Below, one piece after another: positions 1 through 12,400 of a DNA stretch of 64,000 bases (positions are counted from its first letter, which is position 1; each line of letters begins with the position of its first letter). The translations under genes were made by a program, and so were the position numbers. Source of the stretch: Paraphysomonas bandaiensis. Lineage: Eukaryota; Protista; Chrysophyceae. The stretch lies in NCBI GenBank assembly GCA_965644295.1, contig CBFFRP010000236.1, positions 138,209-202,208 on the forward strand, in the 5' to 3' direction. Under the pieces are notes generated by a model, which saw nothing but the letters and a program-made list of their open reading frames with translations, had not been told where the DNA came from and made no database searches.

Positions 1-3000
1 ACGTCATACTGCAAGGAGCAATTGTGTTCCGTTTCTAAAGCACTTTTTTTCTGGGAAAATTTCCCGAGGATAACTCGCATAGTCCCAATTCGGACCGGCT
101 GAATGACAACTTTTGTGCAAAGGGATGTCGCCAATCTCACTTTGATAATATCATCATAGAAAGCAGCAGATTCTTCTCGCACCCATTCCTCTTCAACAGG
201 AGTAACGACATTCAAAAATGTTTTCGATGTTGTCATCATTGATGAAAAAACTAGAAACTTCGGGTACATAGAAACAGCAGCGGCACGAGACGACATATTG
301 TTAGAGAGCTTCGCAAGTGCGGATCCAGGTGATATTATTCCCGTCGTCGGCGCTGAATTTCGCAATACTTCATACTCACAATGAGATTTAGTCTGCACTG
401 ACAAATTAAGAAAGAGTGCCTTCAGTGAAAGTCGTTGGACCTCTGCTCCTGAAGGTTGAGCAGTTTGGTCGCGATGTGTCCAAAGTTCCCCACCTTTAAA
501 ATTATTAAGAGTACGAATAATTTCCAATTTCGTGCTCTGAGCCATTCCCAGACTCTTATTATTCAAGCAATTCTCTCTGCACCAATTACGAGCTGCCTTG
601 GAAGCAGCAAATTTACTAGCTCTTTGATCCCATGCAGCCATTGCAGATTGCACTGAACTCTTGCTCGTGACACTGGCGGCGTCATTAGTTGTCGTGACAT
701 CATAATTGTCAGTCTCGTCGTCGTCATCATCATCATCATCGTCATCGCTCTTGGCATCACCCGTTTTCATCTCAATTCCATCGGTATCCAAGGCTTTCAA
801 TCGTGCTTCACTCAACGTTACTTTGCCATCTGCATCCATGCGGAAAGATGTGTCTGATATATCACTGACAACAGAATTGTCGTCGGTTGAATCGTCTACA
901 ATGCTAACAGTACCCTCAAAATCTTTCGCCAGTGCATCAATTTCAGAAGATTCTTCAAGGCTCAAAGTACTACCCACGGAGCTATCATCTCTAGCAGAAG
1001 GGAGATAAGACAGCAACTGCGCCTCCCACTGACAGTACGCACTATACATCGACATTACATCTCCGTGTGCACTACATAGAGCCAAGTGTTTTGCATCTGC
1101 AGCGGCTCGAGCATCTCCTGAACCTCGCCAGTAAATCGACGAGCTGACGGATATTACACCTACTATTGTGGCGGCAGCCATGCCTTGCCCTGCTTGACAT
1201 GCGTGGTACAACATACGGACCATACCTGGGTCTATCTGTAAAGTCGCCACTAGTTCTCCAATTGTGGTGAGAGCATATCTTCCATCCAGAGAGCGCTCCA
1301 AGGCACCAAGATATCCCAAATCAATAATAGCTCGCTCCAGACCATCAGGGTCGGGCGACTCTAACCATTGAAAAGTCAAGGGGTCGATGCCCATTGCTAT
1401 CAAACTCACAACTGTGAGCTGCAGAGGCCGCGAAAGTATCTCGGCGGTCTGAGCGGCAGACATGGCTTCAAACTCATCTTCAGAATATAACCGATAGCAC
1501 GTGCCAGAAGCTGTGCGACCCGCCCGACCCTTGCGCTGCACGGCACTACTCTTGCAGATTTCTTTCACTTCCAGAACAGTCACGTTGCGGCGTGCGTCGT
1601 AGCTACTCTCCTTGCATAAACCAGAATCGATAACGTGGCGAATGCCGTCAATAGTAATGCCAGTCTCTGCAACATCAGTGGCAAACACTACCTTGCGTTT
1701 GCCGTGAGGAGTTTTTTGAAACACTAACTGCTGTTCTTCAGGAAGCTGTTTGCCATATAATGCGAGTGACACAGCAGGGGCACATTTCAGCTTCACACAA
1801 ATCGACGCGAATTGGTCACGTGCACGTTCTACTTCATCCTGTCCTGTTAAAAAGCATAAAATATCTCCGCTGCCGACAGACGTTCCCTTGTGCACTTCTA
1901 TGGCCATTTGCACCACTGAATTGACATATTTATCTCGGGCGGCATCCCCCATTGGGCGATAGACTACATCCACTGGAAACATGCGGCCAGGAATTTGCAA
2001 TACAGGAGCCTGGAAAAAATATGCCGAGAACAGCTGAGCATCCAGAGTAGCAGAAGTTATGACAATTTTTACATCTGGCCAGCGTGTGTTTGCATGCATG
2101 TGGAGCATTCCTAAAATAAGATCACAAGTCAGAGATCTCTCGTGCGCTTCATCTATAACTATTGCCCCGACACCAGCGAGAGGATCTTCGCCCGCCACAG
2201 AGTCACTGCCAAATATCTGCCAGATAAGTCACAATTACAATTAGAACCAGTTCTTTAAAATGCAGAAGGATGATAGATACCTTTAACAGTGTTCCAAGGA
2301 ACGTGCCCTCCGTCGTGTACTCTATTCTTGTTTTTCTGTTAGACTTCCTCATTGCACCCACTTTGTACCCAACAGCTTTCCCTACCAACCCCTCCTTGCC
2401 AAGGGACCACTCCTCAGAAACCCTCTGCGCGAGGGATGTTGCGGATACTTTGCGGGGTTGAGTGCAAATGACTTTACGGCTTGGACCCAGCATTTCGGAG
2501 AGGTATTGCGGCAATTGGGTACTTTTCCCACTGCCAGTGGCGCCCTGTACTACAACGAATTGATTGTCAGAAACCGCTTCTTCGATTTGATGACGGAGGC
2601 TTAGAGCAGGCAACGCTAGTTGCAGACGATATACTTCTCGCTTAGCTTGGTACTTAGATTCCTTCCAATATTTGCCCTGGTCTGCATCTCCAGCAGCTAA
2701 TGTATCAGTTCGAATTTTCCTCAAGCATTCTGCCACAACACCATCAAAATTCTGCAACTGCTTCTTTAGTTCGTCGGCTTGTTTCTCAAGGACAAGGAGT
2801 GCCTGCTCATGTTCCTGTTGCTGACTGACGTCGTCGTGCGGGGGCAGTTGCGTCATACGGAAAGACTTTATACAGACATCATGTAGTTTGTCTGTATGCT
2901 GGTGGCGAGCAGCCTTGATATCTCGATATAATATGCCCAGACCACGAGGGGATTTCTTGAGCAAAAGAGTCTCCAGTTCACCCGGCGGATGGAGGCGTCT

Positions 3001-3504
3001 GCAGGTCGCTGATGAGCAGTCTTTACCGTCAGGACACACTGCTGGTCGGCTCGCAGGGTGGTCAAATGCGCAGTCAGGATTTACACACTTTTCACCATTG
3101 TGGCAAGGCTTTCGATTTTTACTTGCCGCAACCGCATCAGTAGGAGATAATGCTACAATGGGTACCTCACCGTTATTCCCATATCTTTGAACACCTTCTT
3201 TGTGTTGAGTGGTTGATGGGGATGGAAAATGGGGAGGATTCTGAGCTTGAGGATGGATATCATCTTGATGCGATGAGTGTGAGTGCTCATCAAGTTTCTT
3301 TATAGGATGTAAAAATTTACATGTTGAATGTTTTTTCTTACAGTTTTGAGCATTCAAACATTGTCGAGTTCTATTTTTATGATGTCTGTGATTACATTCA
3401 TATCTAACACATTCTTTATATTGAGAACATAAAGGGACAGTATGTAAATGATTACAATTCTCATGAAAACATTTTGTATCATATAAACATAATTGTTGTG
3501 ACAT
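1..3504 (-). CDS. DEAH-box RNA helicase (HrpA/DHX type) with five N-terminal CCCH zinc fingers; 3' end beyond window
   Basis: Exon 1 (3504-2281) has CCCH repeats, motif I GATGSGKSTQ and TQPRKVSA. After a GT-AG intron (2280-2217) the frame reads IDEAHERS, SAT, FATDVAETGITID, QRKGRAGR and an HA2-like region. Confidence 0.93.
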
Positions 3505-3997
3505 TATATTGAATTATATATAATGAGATCATTTAATGGGGTATCTACTCCTCCATATCCTCCATATCCTCCATATTATATCATTCATTACTCACTTTGA
3601 TATGTTCGATTGACCAAAAAGGTCCTAGATTTGTCCAAATCTTTATAGATTTGGTCCATTTATTGGAATTATTTGGAAAATATACCAAAAGTACTTTCAT
3701 TATACAGAAAAATCCAATGAATTTAGTTTTATGTTGAAAGATCAATCAGATTATACATACAGAGAAGTATATTCACGTACTATACAGCAGGAGATGGCAA
3801 TCGTTCTTCTTTTGTAGGATGTGCTATTGCCCAATTCAGCCCATGTTTTCGAATAGTGTATCCTGCTGTATTTGATCACTTCCACACTTCTTCCTTTCCA
3901 CCAATAAACGGTATTATATTCAATATAATTGGTGTATATTTCTTTCAATGGTATAGTAACGAAAATATATATATATATACGAAATACCCTACTAGAC

Positions 3998-4143
3998 GTA
4001 TCGGCATAGTTTGTTTATTTTTGTTCCAAGATGCCTCTAATATTGAGACAACAATTATCTGTATTCCAGCTGTAGTTGTATTTCAGGAATATAGAGTATA
4101 TTTGCTTCAATTTATTTCCGAAAAAGATGCTGACTGCCGATAC
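3998..4143 (+). repeat. ~150-bp dispersed repeat, family A copy 1
   Basis: Aligns by eye with 51146-51294 (+) and 54270-54406 (-); shared core aagatgcctctaatattgagacaa; short fragment at ~9062-9095. Confidence 0.85.
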
Positions 4144-4239
4144 ATACACACACCCCTCATATATAGAGCCCTTATCACATCTAGATATCTAGATATCACA
4201 CAAGTCATTAAGTGATATCACCTACATACATACATACAT

Positions 4240-6870
4240 ATGTCAATAGATACATCATTAAATATATGTACATGGAATATTAATGGTATTAAATCATTAT
4301 GTATATATTATCATGGTTTAGATCATGTTCTCAATGATTTACATGCTGATATTATATGCTTCCAGGAAACTAAAGTAGCAACCCCTTTAGATTATTATAA
4401 CTGTATATCATTAAAATATTATAGTTATTTCTCACATTATCGTCCATCGAAAGCATATTCTGGTACAGCTACTTTTGTGAAGAAGACATTACCAGTGTTG
4501 GCAGCACAAGATGGACTCTGTGGACGATATAGCTCGAATTCTGGAAATGATATGATACTTGAATTAACTCCTGATGAAGTAGGATATACAGATGCCGAGT
4601 TAGGTCTTCTTGACTGCGAAGGACGGTGTATTATTACGGGTAAAGATAATACTCTACAGATTCAACGGTGTTTCATACCCTTATATATTGTAGACCACGG
4701 AGAATTTGTTCTACTTAATATTTACGCTCCAAACGCGTACACCGACGATACTGATAGATTCGATTTTAAGATGTGTTATCACCACTTGCTGTCGATGGCT
4801 GTGTCAAAACTTCAAAAATTAGGAAGATCTGTGGTAATAATATGTCTATGTCTCATATATATGTTAGTTGAGAGCAAGTTTTACTTTTAGTATATGCTAC
4901 ATTTATTACACCCAGGTGCCTACTCTGATTGGTTATATTAGATTGTTGTGGGCGATTTGAACGTAACTGCAGCTCGAATTGACCACTGTGAAGGCAACAT
5001 GTTTGATTACACAAGCGATTCGGACGATGGGATAGAAAGGAAACAACGGGTGCACACGTTTGAGGGTAGACCCACTGTTAGATGGATGCAGAGTTTATTA
5101 AAGGAGCCCAAAAGTGACAATTCAGGAGGACAATGCTGCGATCTTCCCGATACAGGTATGTTTGTGCTTCTGCATTGTATATCGTATCGTATGTCAACAA
5201 CGTATATACAGATCTTACTTATCAAGACAAGACTAGTGTGTGTTGTGGTCTTGTAGATACATTTCGTCGCATGCATCCTAGTAGGGAGCATGCATACACC
5301 GTCTGGAATACCAAAACAGGGGCAAGGAAGGTCAGTTGTAATGTTTCTGGAAGCTCTATAGCACCTTTCGCAGATTCTACATCCATTTGTGGCACAGTTA
5401 TTAAATGTGCATTGTCTACTCCTTGTATTGATAACTACTGTGTGTAAGAGTAGTGTGTAGCCGCAATGTTTTTTATGAATTTGGAATTTTGCGAATATAT
5501 TATTGCATTTGATAAAATATTTTAGACTAATTACGGCACAAGGTTGGATTATATCTTGATATCTAAAGACTTACTACCAAAATTGCTGAGTTGTGATATT
5601 CAGGTAGGATTGCAACTTTTGAGTTTTGTAGTCATGAATACTGTATGAATTATTTTTTATGTGATATTATTGGCATACAGCCAGAGACTTATGGATCCGA
5701 CCACTGTCCTGTGATCTGTACATTGCTCTGTATCCCTCCATCCTCTCCCACACTACCCCCCGCTTCCCTATGTACGTGTCATATACCTGGATTCAATGCA
5801 AAGCAAGATACTCTCGCTGCTTTCCTGTCCGCTTCACAGAGTCAGCAAAACAATGGTGGTAGTCGATCACGAACCAGCAACGGAACTGATTCGTCCAGTT
5901 GGAACAAGAGCCTGGCATTGGGAGACAAAAGTTTATCTGCTTCCCTCATGCGAAGTTTTGTTGCTACATACAAGCCAACAGACACTAGTAGCATTGGCTG
6001 TGATAATAGCAGTTGTATATCAGGAACTACAACTGTCAAATCTTGTAGTCTTGAAGCCCATAATGTACCGGAAGGACAAAGTAATTGCAGAAAGCGGGAA
6101 TCAGTAGTTCAGCACCATAAAAATTTAAAGCGTGTGAATAGACAGACGAAGTTACCGTTTGGTGCAAGTACGTCGAGAACTAGCAATTCTGTGTCAAACG
6201 ATAAAACGCACTTAGAAGCGGATGCTGGTAGTGTGGTTTCAGCAGAGGGAAGTGCTTTTCAATCAGCTACAAATGTGTATTCGACTGGTAGTTGCGTATA
6301 TTGATAGTTTTCGTTTCGAGTAAAATTGCATTGTAGACCGGTCAACTACAGAAGAAACTAAAGACAAAGTACTTGCACCGAGCAAATCGGCTTTTTTGTC
6401 ACTATTCTCTGCACCAATAGTTCCTAAGTGCCATGTGAGTAGTGTGACTTAACTGTGAATAAGATGTGAAATTATAAATGTTTGAAAAGGCACATCGTGA
6501 GAAATGTGTTCTGCGCACAGTTATTAAGGATGGACCTAACATCGGACGTCGGTGAGTATATTATGTAGTTGTTCTCTTGGTTATATAAGCTTATGTCTTC
6601 TATTGAATTGACATTTACAGGTTTTACTGTTGTTCCAGGCCACTTGGAGATAAGTCTAACCCAGAAGCAAGGTGTGATTTCTTCCAGTGGGATGAGGTGG
6701 GTGATATGCGGAGTATGATACTTCTGACAAAGTTACTTGCTTACGGTGTATACATCTTTGTAAGCGTATGAATGTTTCCTATCAGCTTTCTTATATTCGG
6801 CTACTAACAACTTGATATTTATACTCTGTAGAGGTCAAAACCGAAACCACAGACGAAAGGGAAGACCTGA
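4240..6870 (+). CDS. APN2: DNA-(apurinic/apyrimidinic site) endonuclease 2 (ExoIII/EEP family with C-terminal zf-GRF), multi-exon
   Basis: TWNINGI, ICFQETK, YSGTAT, DCEGR, NIYAPN, GDLN, YTVWN, NYGTRLDYIL and GSDHCPV motifs across exons. C-terminal GRF finger (..GPNIGRRFYCCSRP..ARCDFFQW). Stop TGA at 6868-6870. Confidence 0.93.
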
Positions 6871-7204
6871 GCAATATCCCAACATCAGTCCTGCCCAACA
6901 TGTAAAAGCAGTATATCTAGTGTAGATTTATGTGACTTCTTATGCTGTTTATATATGTAATTGCATTTCTTCGGATATGTATAATAATTACTATGTAAGT
7001 ATATATTATATATTATTGTATCTCATCGTACGTCTGAAATGCAAGCATGAATACGAGTATGCATAATCCATAAGAAGATATACAGCAATCTTGCAGATTA
7101 GTGGAGTACAATGCTAGTATGTTAAGACTTTAGCATTTCTACGTTTATAATTGGTAATGAATAAGTGTTATATTAGTACAGCGTGTAATGTGTTATATGT
7201 ATTC

Positions 7205-7775
7205 ACGCCCATTTAATCGATGAGGATTGGACACTTGCGACCGTAACTCTTGCTTGTGACCATTTTTTTTCAGGGGAACACAGGTCTGAGCATATTGTTC
7301 AAAAAGTTAAGCAATATCTTCATAATTAATTTTAAATGAGTCCAATAATAGCATATTAGACTCCTTCAGCATTAATTATGAAGATGTAAGCATATTTGGA
7401 CTCATTCAAAATTATTGATGAAGAAGTCGTTTGCTGTATTACTGAGAATGAACCCACTATGAATGGATGGGATGCTTGACCATATCCTTAAGTTAGTGTC
7501 AAAAGCCCCATTCACGGCAGATGGTGTATGCGATGTACTGAAGGCTGTTTGTGAAGTGCTAACTCAGTTCACGAATTCAACACAAGCATCAGCTCATTTA
7601 AAGAACATGCAGACGCATTTGAAACATCGCTTACGCAATCTGCTGTCAATGGGACTTTGTCTTTAACTCAAGAATATGAATAAAGCATCCCATCCATGGA
7701 TAAGTCATAAGGCCGGCTTCAGTATTCATTTTGTGGGTTCATTGTCAAAAACACAGCAAACAACATCTTCATTTA
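7205..7775. mobile_element. Degenerate hAT transposase fragments arranged as an imperfect fold-back
   Basis: 7205-7600 resembles 8545-8885 (DE.W.L, GEHRS, VCC.T.NEPTM). 7615-7770 is a reverse-complement copy of the same segment. Confidence 0.75.
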
Positions 7776-7930
7776 CTTTCTATACCTGTAATGTTCCTTA
7801 AATACATCATCTGACATGCTATATATCTTATTAAAGACATTTTCACGAGGACGATGACCATTCCGAACACGACCAATTATTCGATATCTACGACAACATA
7901 TTCACTTCCACAGCTTTATGCGAATACAAT

Positions 7931-9041
7931 GTGCCTGATTGTGAATCAAATCATAATCATCTATTACATTGTTGTTTACATGAAATCAGGAAAACGATTA
8001 ATCCAGTGTGGCAGTATTTCGGGTTTTACCCAACAGTAGTGAGTGATAAGAACTACATTGTGGTTTGCAAAATATGCCACGAAAAATACAAAGAAGATAT
8101 GAGTGTCAAGCCAAATAAATGGGAGGTGACCTACAGCGCTTCTAGGAGCACGTCAAAATTGGCCACTCACTTGCAGAGCAGGCACCGAAAGGTATACCAA
8201 GACCTGTCTCGTGAGGAAATTGGTGATAGTACGTCTGGCACAAAGCACCCTTTCTTTAAAAGTTGTAAAGAAACGGTTCTTAAGAACCAACGAGAAAAGT
8301 ACTTGCGATGGGTTGTAGAGTCCATAAAAACCTCTCGATGAGTGCAATGATCCCCACCGTAGAGAATACATTGAATCTCTGGACCCAAGGATTATTCACG
8401 AAGATCGCCACGACGATACTAGAAGATTAACAGATAAAGCAGTAACTATGCGTGCCAAAGTTAGGAACATGATTCATGGTCAAAACGTCTCAATTACCAC
8501 GAATTGTTGGACGTCGCTCGCGTATCACAGTTATATCGCAGTCACCGTCCATTTCATTGATGAAGAGTGGAAACTTGTGACCCTAACTCTTGCGTGTGAC
8601 AATTTTCCAGGGGAGCACAGGTCTGCACATATTGTTAGTAAAGTAAACAGCATTTTAGACGCTTTTAAAATTAATCACGACGATGTGGTGTGCTGCGTAA
8701 CTGACAATGAGCCGACGATGAATGCGGCAGCGAACCTCATGACGTACTCATGGATGGGATGCTTTGATCACATACTTGAGTTAGTGACTAAAGTCCCATT
8801 ATCACAAGATGGCGTTAACGATGTTTTGAAGGCTGCACGTGAAGTGATAGCTCAGTTCACCAACTTAACACAAGCATCAGCTCGTGTCAAAGTCCCATTG
8901 ACAGCAGATTGCGTAAGCGATGTTTCAAATGCGTCTGCATGTTCTTTAAATGAGCTGATGCTTGTGTTAAGTTGGTGAACTGAGCTATCACTTCACGTGC
9001 AGCCTTCAAAACATCGTTAACGCCATCTTGTGATAATGGGA
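7931..9041 (+). pseudogene. hAT-family transposase relic with BED zinc finger; frameshifted and truncated by an inverted duplication
   Basis: BED finger (VWQYF..VCKIC..STSKLATHLQSRH), then SITTNCWTS (normally TDxWTS), YIAVTVHFIDEEW, CVTDNEPTM, CFDHILEL. Frame break near 8341. 90-bp inverted repeat 8794-8883 / 8952-9041. Confidence 0.85.
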
Positions 9042-9499
9042 AGTTGAGTGTTCGATGCTCGCGTATCTGCATCCTTTGTATTTTGTTCCAAGATGACCGG
9101 CCTGACTGATGGGTCCGAATGGCTCGGCTTCGGCCTACGTCTTATTGGCATTCACATATCCATGACTATCTGACCATTGAATAAATCTGACTATTTATGT
9201 TGTTCAAAATCCTTGTTATTTCGATACATACTGTATATACATATATATAAATCGGGGATTTTATACAAAAATCCCCGTACCAAGCCTAAATTCATCCACT
9301 ATAACGGGTATATCCACCATAACGCGAACTGACTGTACTGTAGTCAGTATACTGTACCATATACTGTCCCTACAAAGAGTATGAAACTGCCGTTATCAAA
9401 ATCAAATCTGAATACTCCAAAATATATATAAAAATCCCAGTTTCTAGAAATAAAAAATGCCAAAATTGAAATTTCGATGATATATATTGCAACAATATA

Positions 9500-12400
9500 G
9501 GAAATGAGTTAAAGGAAATGTTATAAGTTGGTCACTGAATTATATTGCTGTGAGATTATAATCACACGGAAGGACGTGTGTGGCATATTTCTCGATACTT
9601 TGTATTGGTAATAGTTTTCTTATTAGTAAACTAATTGGGAGGATAGACTTATAGAATGTATGGTATATTCGATCTGTATTTTTGAAGTTAGAAAATCACA
9701 CTTCGAAGAAAGTTCTATTCGCGTACTCCAATTTATATACATTGACACGAGTGATCTATAGGGATTATCCATACGAGTGATCTATAGGATTGTACTGTTC
9801 TTGGGTTCATTATGTTAGAAGATCTTATGATTATCAAGCGTCACGCGGAGGCTGATGAAGCCGATGCAGCACTAAGACATAAACGAAACATGGTGAGTGG
9901 ATTATAGCCAGTAGATTAATAGCCAGCTGTATGATTATAGTGTGCTGTATGTATGATTATAGTGTGCTGTATGTATGACTATAGTGTGCTGTATGTATGA
10001 TTATAGTGTGCTGTTTGTATGACTATAGTGTGCTGTATGTATGACTATAGTGTGCTGTATGTATGACTATAGTGTGCTGTATGTATGATTATAGTGTGCT
10101 GTATGTATGACTATAGTGTGCTGTATGTATGATTATAGTGTGCTGTATGTATGATTATAGTGTGCTGTATGTATGACTATAGTGTGCTGTATGTATGACT
10201 ATAGTGTGCTGTATGTATGACTATAGTGTGCTGTATGTATGACTATAGTGTGCTGTATGTATGACTATAGTGTGCTGTATGTATGACTATAGTGTGCTGT
10301 ATGTATGATTATAGTGTGCTGTATGTATGACTATAGTGTGCTGTATGTATGACTATAGTGTGCTGTATGTATGACTATAGTGTGCTGTATGTATGATTAT
10401 AGTGTGCTGTATGTATGACTATAGTGTGCTGTATGTATGACTATAGTGTGCTGTATGTATGATTATAGTGTGCTGTTTGTATGACTATAGTGTGCTGTAT
10501 GTATGATTATAGTGTGCTGTATGTATGATTGTAGTGTGCTGTTTGTATGACTATAGTGTGCTGTATGTATGATTATAGTGTGCTGTATGTATGATTGTAG
10601 TGTGCTGTATGACTATGATTATAGTGTGCTGTATGTATGACTATAGTGTGCTGTATGTATGATTATAGTGTGCTGTTTGTATGACTATAGTGTGCTGTAT
10701 GTATGATTATAGTGTGCTGTATGTATGATTATAGTGTGCTGTATGTATGACTATAGTGTGCTGTATGTATGACTATAGTGTGCTGTATGTATGACTATAG
10801 TGTGCTGTATGTATGACTATAGTGTGCTGTATGTATGACTATAGTGTGCTGTATGTATGACTATAGTGTGCTGTATGTATGATTATAGTGTGCTGTATGT
10901 ATGACTATAGTGTGCTGTATGTATGACTATAGTGTGCTGTATGTATGACTATAGTGTGCTGTATGTATGATTATAGTGTGCTGTATGTATGACTATAGTG
11001 TGCTGTATGTATGACTATAGTGTGCTGTATGTATGATTATAGTGTGCTGTTTGTATGACTATAGTGTGCTGTATGTATGATTATAGTGTGCTGTATGTAT
11101 GATTGTAGTGTGCTGTATGTATGACTATAGTGTGCTGTTTGTATGACTATAGTGTGCTGTATGTATGACTATAGTGTGCTGTATGTATGATTATAGTGTG
11201 CTGTTTGTATGACTATAGTGTGCTGTATGTATGATTATAGTGTGCTGTATGTATGATTGTAGTGTGCTGTATGACTATGATTATAGTGTGCTGTATGTAT
11301 GACTATAGTGTGCTGTATGTATGACTATAGTGTGCTGTATGTATGATTATAGTGTGCTGTATGTATGATTATAGTGTGCTGTATGTATGACTATAGTGTG
11401 CTGTATGTATGACTATAGTGTGCTGTATGTATGACTATAGTGTGCTGTATGTATGACTATAGTGTGCTGTATGTATGATTATAGTGTGCTGTATGTATGA
11501 CTATAGTGTGCTGTATGTATGACTATAGTGTGCTGTATGTATGACTATAGTGTGCTGTATGTATGATTATAGTGTGCTGTATGTATGATTATAGTGTGCT
11601 GTATGTATGATTATAGTGTGCTGTATGTATGATTATAGTGTGCTGTATGTATGATTATAGTGTGCTGTATGTATGACTATAGTGTGCTGTATGTATGACT
11701 ATAGTGTGCTGTATGTATGACTATAGTGTGCTGTATGTATGACTATAGTGTGCTGTATGTATGATTATAGTGTGCTGTATGTATGACTATAGTGTGCTGT
11801 ATGTATGATTATAGTGTGCTCTATGTATGATTATAGTGTGCTGTATGTATGATTATAGTGTGCTGTATGTATGATTGTAGTGTGCTGTATGTATGACTAT
11901 GATTATAGTGTGCTGTATGACTATGATTATAGTGTGCTGTATGTATGACTATAGTGTGCTGTATGTATGACTATAGTGTGCTGTATGTATGATTATAGTG
12001 TGCTGTATGTATGATTATAGCGTGCTGTATGTATGTTATTGTAGTTGTAGTGTTGTTGTTTTACTGTTATTATAGGAAAGAAAGCAAGAAGCAGATAGAA
12101 AAGCGAAAGAAGCTGAGGAAGCCGCGTATAATAAGATGTGGGGGTGGAAGGATGAAGGGAAGAAAACGTATCGTGAGATGAATCATGCATTTGCCGGTTT
12201 ACAGTCTATACTTGTACCGCATAAGTGCAAGAAGTCCACAATGCTGGAGCTGGAAGGTTTTTGTAGAGCCGCCCATACCAACGAGTCCTTTCTATACAGG
12301 CGTATGTCTCAGCGGGTTCTGAATGAGATATCTCCCTTTCATTTACGTTATAGACTGAAAAGGAGGGCAATACATCGGAAGTATATAGTGATGCGTGAAA

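Noticed and set aside
706-3190. Plus-strand ORFs 706-1008, 1750-1962, 2888-3190 and similar antisense ORFs (35574-35999, 57681-58106, 61940-62395)
   Set aside because: Antisense shadows of well-supported genes on the opposite strand.
9928-12035. CRISPR-like appearance of the regular arrays (also 47438-47972)
   Set aside because: Units are head-to-tail with no unique spacers, there are no cas genes, and the context is eukaryotic introns.
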